Assembly: GCA_963665095.1 (NCBI GenBank)
Contig: OY762069.1
Span: 3,424,001-3,488,000, forward strand
DNA length: 64,000 nucleotides
Direction of reading: 5' to 3'
Source of the DNA: an uncultured Desulfobacter sp.
GTDB taxonomy: Bacteria > Desulfobacterota > Desulfobacteria > Desulfobacterales > Desulfobacteraceae
Shown: piece after piece, positions 9,551 through 20,257 of the stretch
Layout of the letters: the number at the start of each line of letters is the position of its first letter
Position numbering within the stretch: the first letter of the stretch is position 1
The notes under the pieces: model-generated
What the model was told of the DNA's origin: nothing
What the model saw: only the letters and a program-made list of their open reading frames with translations
Database searches by the model: none
Position numbers and translations under genes: made by a program

Positions 9551-10189
9551 TTACCGTTTTCTGAATGCCAGCCGGTATTTTTTTGAGGCGCTGTCCGAAA
9601 GGATAATCTCATCCTTATTTATGTTAAGAATTTCATATCCGTCAATCCACTCTTTCTCACCGAGAACCCGGTCATTAATGACGGCAATCCGCTGTGCCGG
9701 ATTTTTGGACCAGGAGATGGCCTGCAGTTTCATGACATCTGAATCCAGGGTCTGAATGGACACCGCTTCCGGATGCTTTTCCGGAGCAGACACCCGGGCA
9801 GGCTTTTTCCGGACTTTTTGCACCGGGACAGAAGCCGTTTTCGGATCAAAGGGCTGAGAGGAAAGAACCGGGGCGGGTGGCGGCCCTGGTATTTTTTGGG
9901 GCTCCGGCCGCTTTTCTACAGTCAACGTGGCAGCTGGGTCTAAGGGTGTCACAACGGGCGTGGAAACGGGCCCGGGCCAGATAAAATAAACGCCTGCTGC
10001 CGCCAGGCAAACGCCGATAATGCCCGCAGCAATCAGTCTATGTAAAACTTTGGCCGGGGTTTCCCCCTGCGAACTGGCCCCGGCACGGCCCCGGGATCCA
10101 CCCATCACCTGCGGATTCGGCTCACTGGCATTGCGGTCAGCGCCGGATGCCTGTTCCGCTTTTTTTAATGCCTGCAGAATCGTACTCAT
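9551..10189 (-). CDS. general secretion pathway protein GspB/ExeB
   Basis: MSTILQALKKAEQ N-terminus, one TM segment, LQAISWS...RIAVIND C-terminal domain; follows ExeA. Confidence 0.8.
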   Translation of the reverse strand: MSTILQALKKAEQASGADRNASEPNPQVMGGSRGRAGASSQGETPAKVLHRLIAAGIIGVCLAAAGVYFIWPGPVSTPVVTPLDPAATLTVEKRPEPQKIPGPPPAPVLSSQPFDPKTASVPVQKVRKKPARVSAPEKHPEAVSIQTLDSDVMKLQAISWSKNPAQRIAVINDRVLGEKEWIDGYEILNINKDEIILSDSASKKYRLAFRKR

Positions 10190-12117
10190 TTCGGCGCCTT
10201 TGTCCCGGAAAGTGCGTCAAAGGTTTCCACAGGTGTTGTCTCTTCTCGTTTTTTCGCCTCAAGTTCATGAAAAAAAGCGATTTTGGTCATGGGACCTGCC
10301 AGGCCGTCAGACACCAGCCCGTACCGGGCCTGGATAGTTTTAACCGCATTGACAAGGGGGATGTCATATTGCGGACGCATCCCGATGCCCTGGAACCCAA
10401 GCTGCCTGACGGCAAGCTTCAGGGATATAATGGCTGCCGGCGGTGCTGACGGTGAAATCACCCCGGAATACCCGAAAGGATCCCTCCATACAATAAAAAT
10501 ATCCTGACCAAGAAAGGGGGTGAGTTCCCCAAGCCCCACCGTTGCGCCCTGCCCGGCACTCTCACAGGCAATGGTGCACAGGTTCTGCTCTGCCAGCCGA
10601 ATCACTGCCAGATATCCGGTTTGCCCGCGCACCGAAAAGGTCAGAATTGCAGGTAGGTTAAAAATTTTAATCTGGTCTTTATCCCCGGTGAGATGCAGAA
10701 CTTCCAGATGGCGCTGCCATGCCTGAACTTCAAAAAACCGGGCATCGCCGATCTCCTGGCCGGCATTATGAAAATATCGTTGTAATTTTTCCCCATCTGT
10801 ACGCCACAAAGAGAGCACAATGGAAAAGGCTTTTTCCCGGGTGGCTTTCGGCAAGGCGTTAACAAAGAAAGAACGGATTTCTTCGATTCCTGATATCACA
10901 GGAAAGGGATCTGACAAGGGTTGCGGCACTGGAAGTACTTCAGGGGCAGGAGGAGCGGCCGTATCTTCATGACGATCCAAAAAACCCGGAGTCGCAGCCC
11001 CGCCTTTTTCCAAAGATGCCACCGTCGCGGTATGGGCATCTGAATGTACTTTTTCTGGAGAAGGATTTTTCAGGACCAGGGAATCAGCCGCTGCCGCCGA
11101 GGTCTCCGTCAGCCCCGGGGACGGCACCGATTCCGGTGTTTTTATCTGCCCGGGGGGATTATCTGCCAGAGGCGTATTCAGATGCTTTAACGGCCATCCG
11201 CCGGAAAATAAAAAAACAAGAGACAAACAGGCAACCATGACGGTGCAGATCAATACCCAGAACCTTCCTGACCCGATAATGGGGGGAAACATCCCCATGG
11301 ACCGCCTGTTGTGACCGGCATTTACCTCTTTGCAGGCCGCTTTGACCATATCCGGAAAGACCAGATCTTTCCCCTGCCCGAAAGCCGCCACCAGGGAACG
11401 GTCGCAAAGGATATTAATCAGCCGTGGAATACCTCCGGAATAACGGTATATAAGATCCACGGCCCGATGTGTAAACAACTCCCGGCCGTTAAGGGACACC
11501 CGGCTTACCCGGTGGGTGATATAAGCAAAAGTTTCCGGACGGCTTAAAGGCATGATACGGCAACTCAGACTGATTCTTTGCCGCAGCTGCCGCATCTCAT
11601 GGGAATTGAGCAACTCTGACAGCTCCGGCTGCCCCACCAGAATAATCTGAAGCAGTTTGCTCCGGGTGGTCTCAAGGTTGGACAACAGCCGCAGCTGCTC
11701 CAGGGTTTCACGACTCAGGTTCTGGGCCTCGTCAATGAGAAGGATGACAGACTTGCCCTGGATCTTTTTCTCCAGAAGAACCTCATACAGGGCATGGGTC
11801 ATATCCGCAGCATCGCCGGCAGGACACGCAATATCCAGTTCAGCCAGAATGGCCTTTAACAGCTGGTCTGCATCCAGTTTGGGATTGAATATAAAGGCGG
11901 ATTCAACGGTCTGGTCCAGATTTTCAAGAAAACTGCGGCACAGGGTGGTTTTCCCGGTGCCCACCTCCCCTGTAACCTCCACAAACCCCTCCTGCTGGGA
12001 CACGGCATAGGTCAGGTGGGCCAGGGCCTCTTCATGGCTGGTACTTAAAAACAGGAATTCAGGATCAGGCACCAGCCTGAAGGGTTTTTCCTTTAGTCCG
12101 AAATGGGTGGTGTACAT
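10186..12117 (-). CDS. ExeA/GspA family AAA ATPase with C-terminal peptidoglycan-binding domain
   Basis: MYTTHFGLKEKPF, GEVGTGKTT, LLIDEAQ, GLVSDGLAGPMT. Confidence 0.9.
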   Translation of the reverse strand: MYTTHFGLKEKPFRLVPDPEFLFLSTSHEEALAHLTYAVSQQEGFVEVTGEVGTGKTTLCRSFLENLDQTVESAFIFNPKLDADQLLKAILAELDIACPAGDAADMTHALYEVLLEKKIQGKSVILLIDEAQNLSRETLEQLRLLSNLETTRSKLLQIILVGQPELSELLNSHEMRQLRQRISLSCRIMPLSRPETFAYITHRVSRVSLNGRELFTHRAVDLIYRYSGGIPRLINILCDRSLVAAFGQGKDLVFPDMVKAACKEVNAGHNRRSMGMFPPIIGSGRFWVLICTVMVACLSLVFLFSGGWPLKHLNTPLADNPPGQIKTPESVPSPGLTETSAAAADSLVLKNPSPEKVHSDAHTATVASLEKGGAATPGFLDRHEDTAAPPAPEVLPVPQPLSDPFPVISGIEEIRSFFVNALPKATREKAFSIVLSLWRTDGEKLQRYFHNAGQEIGDARFFEVQAWQRHLEVLHLTGDKDQIKIFNLPAILTFSVRGQTGYLAVIRLAEQNLCTIACESAGQGATVGLGELTPFLGQDIFIVWRDPFGYSGVISPSAPPAAIISLKLAVRQLGFQGIGMRPQYDIPLVNAVKTIQARYGLVSDGLAGPMTKIAFFHELEAKKREETTPVETFDALSGTKAPK

Positions 12118-12573
12118 TATTCTGCAGCACTTTCATTGACTTAACTTCCCGTTTCCTGCCCTTTCTCAAAAATCTTTATTTACAAACTAATCCGTATAAA
12201 TACAACTCTTTTCCAGATGAACGTCTCAGCTATCCGTACACCTTTGATTAAGAGCTCCGTTTAGCGCCTGTCACCAGATCGCAGGACTGAAAGGCAGATC
12301 GTTCCCGCTGCCCCAGTCATCCTGGAAATGAAATAGATCCACGTCATAATATTTTTTTTGGTACGTCAACGACTCAATTTTGAAATCGCACAGGCGCTCA
12401 CAAAGGGAGCGGGCAGCATATTAAAATCAAAACAATTATTGGGCTTGACAAGATCAAGCCAATATATACTGAGGCGTTGCGGATTTTATTTGAAGGCCGC
12501 CTGCCGGATTTTCTACATGAGTGATTCCGAGGTACCTCAAGATAGTATAATCTTGTTCAGGGGAGCTGAATAG

Positions 12574-12768
12574 TTACACATCTTTCTTGTATCATCAGGA
12601 GGCAGAGTCAATGTATTATCAAAACCTGACTCGATGGCAAATGTTATCGGCATGTTACCATTTGGAGCAACGATTAGCTTTCAGGAATTAGTAGGCAATT
12701 TCTACCGCATTGATTATCAGGGTAAAATTGGATATATCCATAACAGTTTCGGCAGAAGCAATAAATGA
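12574..12768 (+). pseudogene. SH3b-domain gene remnant (no start codon)
   Basis: Frame reads ...RVNVLSKPDSMANVIGMLPFGATISFQELVGNFYRIDYQGKIGYIHNSF..., preceded by an in-frame TAG at 12571. Confidence 0.55.
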
Positions 12769-12842
12769 TCCAAAAGTCAACAGCTAAAAATGTTGATCAC
12801 AATACTGATATGAAATCTGATAACGTAAAATCTATATCAAGT

Positions 12843-13733
12843 CTACAGCCCCCGCATCCACTCAGGTTTAAGGGGGATATCCCCGGAAAGTGCCTGGTCC
12901 AGCACATCCAGCACGTCCTGTTTGTCCTGGGGAAACCGGGCATCAATGGAGAGATAATTACTGGCGTGGACTGATCTGAACGATGCCCTGGACAGCTCGG
13001 TGTGCCGGACCAGCTCCCTAAGTTCGGCAATCATTCCCATCTCATCCGGAATAATGAATTCTCCCTTCTGGTACGCCTCGCCCAAAGGGGTGTTGGCCAG
13101 CGGCATCAGGGAAAGCACACTGACCGCTTCAGGATCAATGGCTGTAAGGGCCCGGCCGGTTTCACGGGCATGGTCAAGGCTCAGCGCCTCCTGGCCAAGT
13201 CCGAGGAGCACAATGGTCACCAGCTTGATTCCGGCCTTTCGCAGCCGCTGACAATGGGTGATCAGCTCTTCAGGGGTGCCGCCTTTGCGGATGTTTTCAC
13301 GCACCTGGGCATGGCCGGACTCCAGGCCTAAAAATACCGCTTTAATCCCCATTTCATGAAGGGTTTTCAGCTCCTCATCGGATTTCAGCATAATGGATTT
13401 CAGGTTGGCATAGCAGGTTACCCGCCGTACCCAGGGCAGCTGTTCCTTAATCTGTTCCAACAGCCAGGTCCAGTGTTTCATGGGCATGATAAAGGCATCC
13501 CCGTCCATGACAAAGACCCGGTCCTGGTGCCGGCAATAGCGGCTGGCAAAGGCCAGGTCCCCTTCCAGGAACTTTCGCTCTTTGATGGCAAACCGCTTGT
13601 CTTTGTAAGCCCCGCAGAAGGTGCATTTTGAATGGGAACACCCCAGGGTGGCCTGGAGAAGGATGGCATTATACTCGCTGGGGGGGCGGATACACTGGCC
13701 TACATGGTGAAGTCCGTTGGGAATCTGGGTCAT
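12843..13733 (-). CDS. radical SAM protein
   Basis: IRPPSE and CSHSKCTFC (CxxxCxxC). Confidence 0.9.
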   Translation of the reverse strand: MTQIPNGLHHVGQCIRPPSEYNAILLQATLGCSHSKCTFCGAYKDKRFAIKERKFLEGDLAFASRYCRHQDRVFVMDGDAFIMPMKHWTWLLEQIKEQLPWVRRVTCYANLKSIMLKSDEELKTLHEMGIKAVFLGLESGHAQVRENIRKGGTPEELITHCQRLRKAGIKLVTIVLLGLGQEALSLDHARETGRALTAIDPEAVSVLSLMPLANTPLGEAYQKGEFIIPDEMGMIAELRELVRHTELSRASFRSVHASNYLSIDARFPQDKQDVLDVLDQALSGDIPLKPEWMRGL

Positions 13734-13779
13734 ATCAGCAACTCTCCTTTAATACAGGTGCAGCAGTGCTTTCACCCCG

Positions 13780-14574
13780 CTAATGGGCTAAAAGCACCTC
13801 ATCGGTTTCAAACTCTTCTTTTTTTATCTCCGTAAACATCCGGATCAGCCGGTCCTTGGTCAGCTGCTTTTTTTCTTCACCCCTGACATCAATAATGATG
13901 TTTCCCCCATCCATCATGACCAGGCGGTTGCCAAATGCAATGGCATGGCTCATGTTGTGGGTGATCATCAGGCTGGTCAGCGCACCCTCCTCAATGAACC
14001 GGGTGGTCAGATCCATCACCATGGCTGCATTCCTGGGATCAAGGGCTGCCGTATGTTCGTCCAGCAGCAGGATGTCCGGTTTGGACATGACCGTCATTAA
14101 AAGCGTCAGGGCCTGGCGCTGCCCTCCGGACAACGAGGAGACATTCTCCTTCATCCGGTTTTCAAGCCCCATGTTCAGACAGGTCACCTGGTCCCTGAAC
14201 TTTTCCCGCATGGTCTTATTCAGGCTGATCCATGGCCATTTAAACCCTTTTCTGGCCGTGATCGTCATATTATCTTCCAGGGTCATGTTGGAGGCAGTAC
14301 CAGCCAGCGGATCCTGGAAAATCCGTCCGATATAGTGGGCCCGCTGGTATTCAGGCAGACGGGTCACCTCTTTCTCCCGGATAAAAATCCGGCCGGAGGT
14401 GGGCATCATCGCCCCGGAAATCAGGTTGAGCAGGGTGGTTTTGCCGGCACCGTTGCTGCCGATGATCGTTAAAAAATCCCCGGGCTCAAGGGTGAGATTG
14501 AGATCCCGGATTACGTTTTTTTCATCAGGCGTACCCTGGTAAAACGTCTTATTCAGGTGTTCCAGCCGGATCAT
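13780..14574 (-). CDS. ABC transporter ATP-binding protein
   Basis: GSNGAGKT, LSGGQRQ, LLLDEHTAALDP. Confidence 0.9.
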   Translation of the reverse strand: MIRLEHLNKTFYQGTPDEKNVIRDLNLTLEPGDFLTIIGSNGAGKTTLLNLISGAMMPTSGRIFIREKEVTRLPEYQRAHYIGRIFQDPLAGTASNMTLEDNMTITARKGFKWPWISLNKTMREKFRDQVTCLNMGLENRMKENVSSLSGGQRQALTLLMTVMSKPDILLLDEHTAALDPRNAAMVMDLTTRFIEEGALTSLMITHNMSHAIAFGNRLVMMDGGNIIIDVRGEEKKQLTKDRLIRMFTEIKKEEFETDEVLLAH

Positions 14575-14635
14575 AGCTCTTGTCTGCCTTGTCTTTTATC
14601 CATGTTTTCCCAGTTTCTGCTGTCTGCCGGAAGTA

Positions 14636-15526
14636 TCATGATGACTCTTTTCCCCTGATGCGCTTGAAGTTGGCAACGCCCAGGGAAACAATGATCAAAA
14701 GCCCTGTAATCAGCTTCAAATCATTGGGGGTCATGTGGATATAATATCCATAATACCTTCCCAGGTACATGATGGCCTTGAACAGGATGGCACCCAGGAT
14801 AACCCTGAGGGTCAGAATGGATATCCGGTTGGATTTGAGCAGGAACTCCCCGAGCATCACCGAAGCAAGCCCGGATACCACAATGCCCTGGCCCAGATTC
14901 ACGTCGGCAAATCCCTGGTACTGGGCGGCAAATGCGCCGGACAGCGCCACAAGACCGTTGGAGATGCCCACGCCGATGAGCTTGAGGGTGGCAGGATTGA
15001 CGCCCTGTACCCGGACCATCTGCTCATTATTGCCCAGAGCCCCGAACACCAGGCCCATGTCTGTGAGAAAAAACAGATCCAGGGCCAGTTTAATGGCCAG
15101 CACCACCAGAATAAAAAAAATCAGGGAGGCAGATTCCGGTGCCATGATACCCTGTGTGGCACTGTGTACCCGGGTCAACAGAGTATCCATGCGGATCAGG
15201 GGCAGGTTGGCCCGGTTGGACAGAATCCGGATGTTCACAGAATAAAGCATGGTCATGGTCAGAATACCTGCCAGCAGATGGGGTACCTTAAGCTTGTTGT
15301 GAATGGCGGCGGTCACAAACCCGGCCCCAAGTCCGCCGGCAAAAGAGAAAAACAGGCCTGTAACCGGGTGAATCCCTTTGTGGATACAGGCGGCCATGAT
15401 CACGGCCCCCATGGGAAAGGAGCCGTCAACGGTGAGGTCGGGGAAATCCAGTATCCTGAAGGTGAAAAACACCCCCAGTGCCATAATGGCGTAGATCAGC
15501 CCCTCTACAAAAATTCCTTCTATCAT
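14636..15526 (-). CDS. ABC transporter permease
   Basis: Hydrophobic; DFPDLTVDGSF motif. Confidence 0.9.
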   Translation of the reverse strand: MIEGIFVEGLIYAIMALGVFFTFRILDFPDLTVDGSFPMGAVIMAACIHKGIHPVTGLFFSFAGGLGAGFVTAAIHNKLKVPHLLAGILTMTMLYSVNIRILSNRANLPLIRMDTLLTRVHSATQGIMAPESASLIFFILVVLAIKLALDLFFLTDMGLVFGALGNNEQMVRVQGVNPATLKLIGVGISNGLVALSGAFAAQYQGFADVNLGQGIVVSGLASVMLGEFLLKSNRISILTLRVILGAILFKAIMYLGRYYGYYIHMTPNDLKLITGLLIIVSLGVANFKRIRGKESS

Positions 15527-15574
15527 ATCAGTAATATCTGCCGCAGTGTGTGCCGGCAGCTCAGGTCAAACAGG

Positions 15575-16558
15575 TTATTTGGAAACCAGTTTGCCGTTTT
15601 CAATAATCTTGTTAGCTTTCTGTACAATATCAGCCGGAAAGGTCAGGCCCAGTTTTACGGCCACATCCTTGTTGATGAGCAAATCCACATCAGATGGATC
15701 CGTCATATATACGGTGGGGATATCTACAGGTTTGGCACCGTTGATAATATCCGCAGCCAGACGGCCTGTGACCCGGCCCATCTTGTAGTAATCAAATCCC
15801 CAGGCTGCCAGAACATCGGCGTTTTCTGCAGAGCTGGGATCAGCTGACATGACAGGAATTTTATATTTCATGGCCACAGAGGTCACGGCAGACAGGGCAC
15901 TGAAAATGGTATTGTCATTGCCCAGGTAAAGACCGTCCACCCGGGGGGCAATGGTCTGAACCGCCTGCTTCACCTCGGAGGAGTTGGTCACGGTAGTTTC
16001 AATAAACTCAATCCCCAGACCCTTGCATACGGCGCCGGCAATGGCAGCCAGGCTGACGGAATTGGCTTCACCCGCGCAATAGACATGGCCCAGCTTTTTT
16101 AAAGGTTTGATACGGTTGAGCAGCTCAATCTGTTCTTTGACCGGGGTCATGTCTGAGGTGCCTGTAACGCCCTTTTCCCCCTTTTGCACAGATTTAACAA
16201 GACCTGCCCCTTCAGGGTCGGTAACCGCACAGAACAGCACAGGCCGGTCCTTGATGGCATTAACCAGGGCCTGGGCCGTAGGCGTGGCAATCCCCACGGC
16301 AATATCCACGTTTTCGGCCTTGAATTTCTGAGCAATGGAGGCTGCTGTGGACATTTCACCATTGGCATTCTGAAGATCAAACCGGGCATCGGGAAAACTT
16401 TCCTTTACCCCGTCCTGAACCCCTTTCTCCAGAGCATCCAGGGCCGGATGGGCCACAATTTTAGAAATGCCGATATAGACATCTTTTGCCTGAACGCCTG
16501 ATAAAACCACCAGAGAGATGGTCACGGCAATAGTGACCAGAGTTGCAACTTTTTTCAT
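15575..16558 (-). CDS. ABC transporter substrate-binding protein (Trp/Tyr-binding-like family)
   Basis: Signal peptide from ATG 16558; IVAHPALD, IATPTAQA, AVTDP. Confidence 0.85.
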   Translation of the reverse strand: MKKVATLVTIAVTISLVVLSGVQAKDVYIGISKIVAHPALDALEKGVQDGVKESFPDARFDLQNANGEMSTAASIAQKFKAENVDIAVGIATPTAQALVNAIKDRPVLFCAVTDPEGAGLVKSVQKGEKGVTGTSDMTPVKEQIELLNRIKPLKKLGHVYCAGEANSVSLAAIAGAVCKGLGIEFIETTVTNSSEVKQAVQTIAPRVDGLYLGNDNTIFSALSAVTSVAMKYKIPVMSADPSSAENADVLAAWGFDYYKMGRVTGRLAADIINGAKPVDIPTVYMTDPSDVDLLINKDVAVKLGLTFPADIVQKANKIIENGKLVSK

Positions 16559-16697
16559 AACAATACCCACCTTTTTTAAACTGTCAGTTGTCTGAATTCT
16601 GTGCTTGTTCTGTTCCGCCCAAACCAGTCGCAAGGCCCTAAAACGAACGGCAGACAGCCAATTTCTGAGATTTCAGGCTGCCTGCCAGCCAGTTGTG

Positions 16698-17537
16698 TTA
16701 TTCTGACTTTTCCTGAAACAGATGAACATCCTGCTGAGGGAAGGGGATGCTGATGCCGTTGGCATCAAAGGCCAGCTTGATGTTTTCCTGCAGGGCAAAA
16801 TAAACGCTCCAGTAATCAACTGTTTTTACCCAGGGACGAACCACAAAATTGACGCTGGAGTCGCCCAATTCCGAAACTGCCACAAGAGGGGCCGGATTTT
16901 CAAGCAGGCGTTTTTCCTCTGCCAGAACACTGTGAATCACCTCTTTGGCTTTTTTGATGTCATCACCGTAGCCAATGCCGATGACAAGATCCACCCGGCG
17001 GGTGGGGTTGGCCGTCACATTGGTAATCACGTTGGCGGTGATGCTGGCATTGGGTACAATGACCTTCTGATTGTCTACGGTGTTCAGCTCTGTGGTGAAC
17101 AGGGAGATGCTGACAACGTTGCCGGACACGCCGCCGATGTTCACATAGTCATGAACCCGGTAGGGGCGAAACAGGACCAGCATGACGCCAGAGGCAAAGT
17201 TGGACAGGGAGTCCTTCAATGCAAGACCAATGGCCAGGCCGGCAGCACCCACAACAGTCAGAAAGGAGGTGGTGTTGATGCCCAGCTGACCGGCTGCCGC
17301 GATAACCACCATGACCATGAGGGAGTAATACATAATACTGTCAAGAAACCGGACCAGGGTAATGTCCACCTTGTTTCTTTCCATCAGCTTGGCAATCAGG
17401 GAGGTGATCTTTCTTGCGACCCATTTACCAATAAACAGAATCAGCAGGGCTGCGATAATTTTTACCGAGTAGGTGGTCACCCAGTAAGTGACCATCTCCA
17501 CGTACTTATCGATGTTAAACTGATTTAACCACTCCAT
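16698..17537 (-). CDS. mscS: small-conductance mechanosensitive channel
   Basis: GLAIGLALKDSLSNFASG, ISIPFPQQDVH. Confidence 0.9.
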   Translation of the reverse strand: MEWLNQFNIDKYVEMVTYWVTTYSVKIIAALLILFIGKWVARKITSLIAKLMERNKVDITLVRFLDSIMYYSLMVMVVIAAAGQLGINTTSFLTVVGAAGLAIGLALKDSLSNFASGVMLVLFRPYRVHDYVNIGGVSGNVVSISLFTTELNTVDNQKVIVPNASITANVITNVTANPTRRVDLVIGIGYGDDIKKAKEVIHSVLAEEKRLLENPAPLVAVSELGDSSVNFVVRPWVKTVDYWSVYFALQENIKLAFDANGISIPFPQQDVHLFQEKSE

Positions 17538-18003
17538 GTTCTCTCCTTTTAAATTTTTTTAAATTTGTATCAAACTGCCGGGCATATACCAGGCCCGGCT
17601 TTGTTAAATTCATTGTTTCTGACACATCCCCGGGTCTTGAAACACCCAACACCGGAAAGCTGTACCGTCAATCGTCATCTGTTTCTGGGACCGGGGAACG
17701 GATACGTCAGGACTCAAGAGATTGTCCCTTTCCGGCTCCGGTCTTTTTACCGGTAAAGGCAAAACTATACGTATGAAAGAAAATTGTCAAATAAAACGGC
17801 AGGGTATGAAGCATATAACCGGTTTTAAAACATTCATTTTGAAATCAGATTCAAAGTTATGTATAGTTATCGGAAAATTTACGCACTCAATATACTATTT
17901 TTTACTTCAATTAACGCTCAGAAAAAATACGAAAATTAATTCGGGCATAGAGCTGTTTCTTAAAAGGAGTCATCTTTAAATCATATAAAATAAAGAGGGT
18001 AAT

Positions 18004-18765
18004 ATGGTCAAATCCCGCTGCAACATAATGGTTCTGGTCCTAACTGTTTTGTTTTTCAATGCGTTCTACTGTATGGCCCAGGATAAGGTTCTCAAGCTGG
18101 CAACAGATCCCTGGCCTCCCTACGCCTTTGGGAAAGAGGGAGGAAAACTGGAACATGGATATGCCCTTGAGATAGGCACAGCCCTGTGCGAACACCTTGG
18201 CTGCAGCCTGAAGGCAGATCTGTTTCCCTGGGAACGGGTGTTGATCTATATGAAAAACGGTGCATACGATATTACCTTTCCGATTCAAAGGAAGCCGGAA
18301 AGGGAGGCCTTTTTAATTTTTTCCGATGTGATCCTGGAAGACCGTGTTTTTGTGTGGCACCTCAAAGGGAGAAAAGACGCCCTCCCGGACTGGCAGACCA
18401 TCGAAGACCTGACACCTTTCACCATCGGTATCGTCTCCGGGTATACCTATCAGGCACAGATGGATGAAGCCATTGAAAAGAATATCATAAAAACAGATAA
18501 AGTCAGTTCGGCTGAATTTAACTTTAAAAAACTCTTAGGAAACCGGTTTGATGCCTTTCTTGAAAGCGAATCCGTTGTGATGAGTTATTTTCAGAAAAAC
18601 CCCGGATGGCGGGAGCAGATCACCCACGCCCGAAAAATCGTTTCCAAAGATGTTTTCAGAATCGGCATTTCAAAAAAATCAGAATATGCCCAAATGCTTG
18701 AGCAGATCAACAATGCTGTCCAGGCGATGAAAACCGACGGGACCATTGATCGAATTATGAATTGA
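18004..18765 (+). CDS. periplasmic substrate-binding protein (family 3-like)
   Basis: Signal peptide, WPPY, FPWER, MKTDGTIDRI. Confidence 0.8.
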   Translation: MVKSRCNIMVLVLTVLFFNAFYCMAQDKVLKLATDPWPPYAFGKEGGKLEHGYALEIGTALCEHLGCSLKADLFPWERVLIYMKNGAYDITFPIQRKPEREAFLIFSDVILEDRVFVWHLKGRKDALPDWQTIEDLTPFTIGIVSGYTYQAQMDEAIEKNIIKTDKVSSAEFNFKKLLGNRFDAFLESESVVMSYFQKNPGWREQITHARKIVSKDVFRIGISKKSEYAQMLEQINNAVQAMKTDGTIDRIMN

Positions 18766-18780
18766 TCGAATTATGACACG

Positions 18781-20154
18781 ATGAACCAAAACAAATATGG
18801 GGTGACTACGCAAAACGATATTATTAAAAATCTGAGAAAAGACTGGCTGTTCCAGGAATGTGCCGTTAATGCAATCCCGTTGCCACCGGTTGTATATTTT
18901 GTATGGATCTGCTTTCCCTTTGCGAAAGAGAATCTTTCCCAGTTTTTGGCTTTTGTTGTTTTCGCGGTAGCCGCGAATTTCTCCATCGGCTTTGTGGTCC
19001 GCAAACTTACCTCAGGCAAAATGGCTGCCATTGTAACAAAAGAAGAAACGCCCCGCCCTGAGGCACTCATCTCAGCCAAGGCCCAGGCATTCAGCTTCCC
19101 ATACATCAGCGGCCTGATGATCTTTTTGAGGTGGTCTATGATGGGATGGGGGTTTGTATTCCTGCCTTTGTACCTCCTGGGAAAACTGACCGGATCTGAA
19201 TTAATTTTAACAGGGATGCTGTTGTTTTTCATTGCACTGAGTGCCCTGCCCTTCAGTTTTCTGTGTTCCGAGCGTGCTGTGTCCACATTTTTCAGCATTC
19301 CTGAAATTGATGCCTGCACCATTCAGGGTGAAAGCATTTTCCAGCTCAGCATCACAGGAAAAATTTTATTGTTAAGCCTGTTTTCCATTGTTCCTCTGGC
19401 AGGCAACTTCTGTTCCGCTCTGGTCATTGCCCAGTCTGTGGAAACAGCAGCAGAGCATGTAAATGCCGTGGCAGCATCCACTGAACAGATGAGTATCACG
19501 GTAAATGAAATCGCGGATAATTCTGCCAAAGCCAGGGACATTACCCAGACCGCGGTGGAAAGCGTCAACGCCGCCAAGGAACAGGTGGATGAACTTGGGG
19601 TAAATGCCCATGAAATCGGCCAGGTAATCGAAGTGATTTCTGATATTTCTGAGCAGACCAACCTGCTGGCGTTAAACGCCACCATTGAAGCGGCCAGGGC
19701 CGGGGAAGCCGGTAAAGGATTTAACGTGGTGGCCAATGAGATCAAGGAACTGGCCAGACAGACATCCGATGCAACCGCGAAAATAAAACAGATGGTGACA
19801 GCCATTCAAAGCTCCAGTGCCGGCACCACGGAACAGATCAACAACATTTCCGGGGTCATAAAAGATGTGAATGATTTTGTGGCATCAATTGCCGCGGCAG
19901 TGGAAGAACAATCCAATGCCAATCGCGAGATTGCCTCCAAGGTGACCGAGGTCTCACAAAAAAACAACCATATCACCGAAAATGTTTCCCGGGTATCAGG
20001 TACTGCCGGCAACATCGTAAATGACATGGCCGAAGTAAACCAGTCCATTGCGGGGATTTCAGAAGACAGCAGGGAGATCAGCCAGTTTGGCAATGATCTG
20101 TCCACACTTTCTGCCGGCCTTCAGCAGATGGTGGCCCGATTCAACCTGGCCTGA
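18781..20154 (+). CDS. methyl-accepting chemotaxis protein (apparently lacking HAMP)
   Basis: Several TM helices; [23 protein letters not shown] signalling hairpin. Confidence 0.85.
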   Translation: MNQNKYGVTTQNDIIKNLRKDWLFQECAVNAIPLPPVVYFVWICFPFAKENLSQFLAFVVFAVAANFSIGFVVRKLTSGKMAAIVTKEETPRPEALISAKAQAFSFPYISGLMIFLRWSMMGWGFVFLPLYLLGKLTGSELILTGMLLFFIALSALPFSFLCSERAVSTFFSIPEIDACTIQGESIFQLSITGKILLLSLFSIVPLAGNFCSALVIAQSVETAAEHVNAVAASTEQMSITVNEIADNSAKARDITQTAVESVNAAKEQVDELGVNAHEIGQVIEVISDISEQTNLLALNATIEAARAGEAGKGFNVVANEIKELARQTSDATAKIKQMVTAIQSSSAGTTEQINNISGVIKDVNDFVASIAAAVEEQSNANREIASKVTEVSQKNNHITENVSRVSGTAGNIVNDMAEVNQSIAGISEDSREISQFGNDLSTLSAGLQQMVARFNLA

Positions 20155-20257
20155 TAGTGCCTTGATTCCAAAGCATAAATGTGATTAAATCGGGACGCTA
20201 TGAAGCATGGGGCTTTCAAGCCGAACAGGGTAATGACTTTATGAACAAGGGTTTATT

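Noticed and set aside
14735..17528. Long + strand ORFs (370 aa, 268 aa) opposite the ABC and mscS genes
   Set aside because: Antisense shadows of well-supported genes with no motifs.
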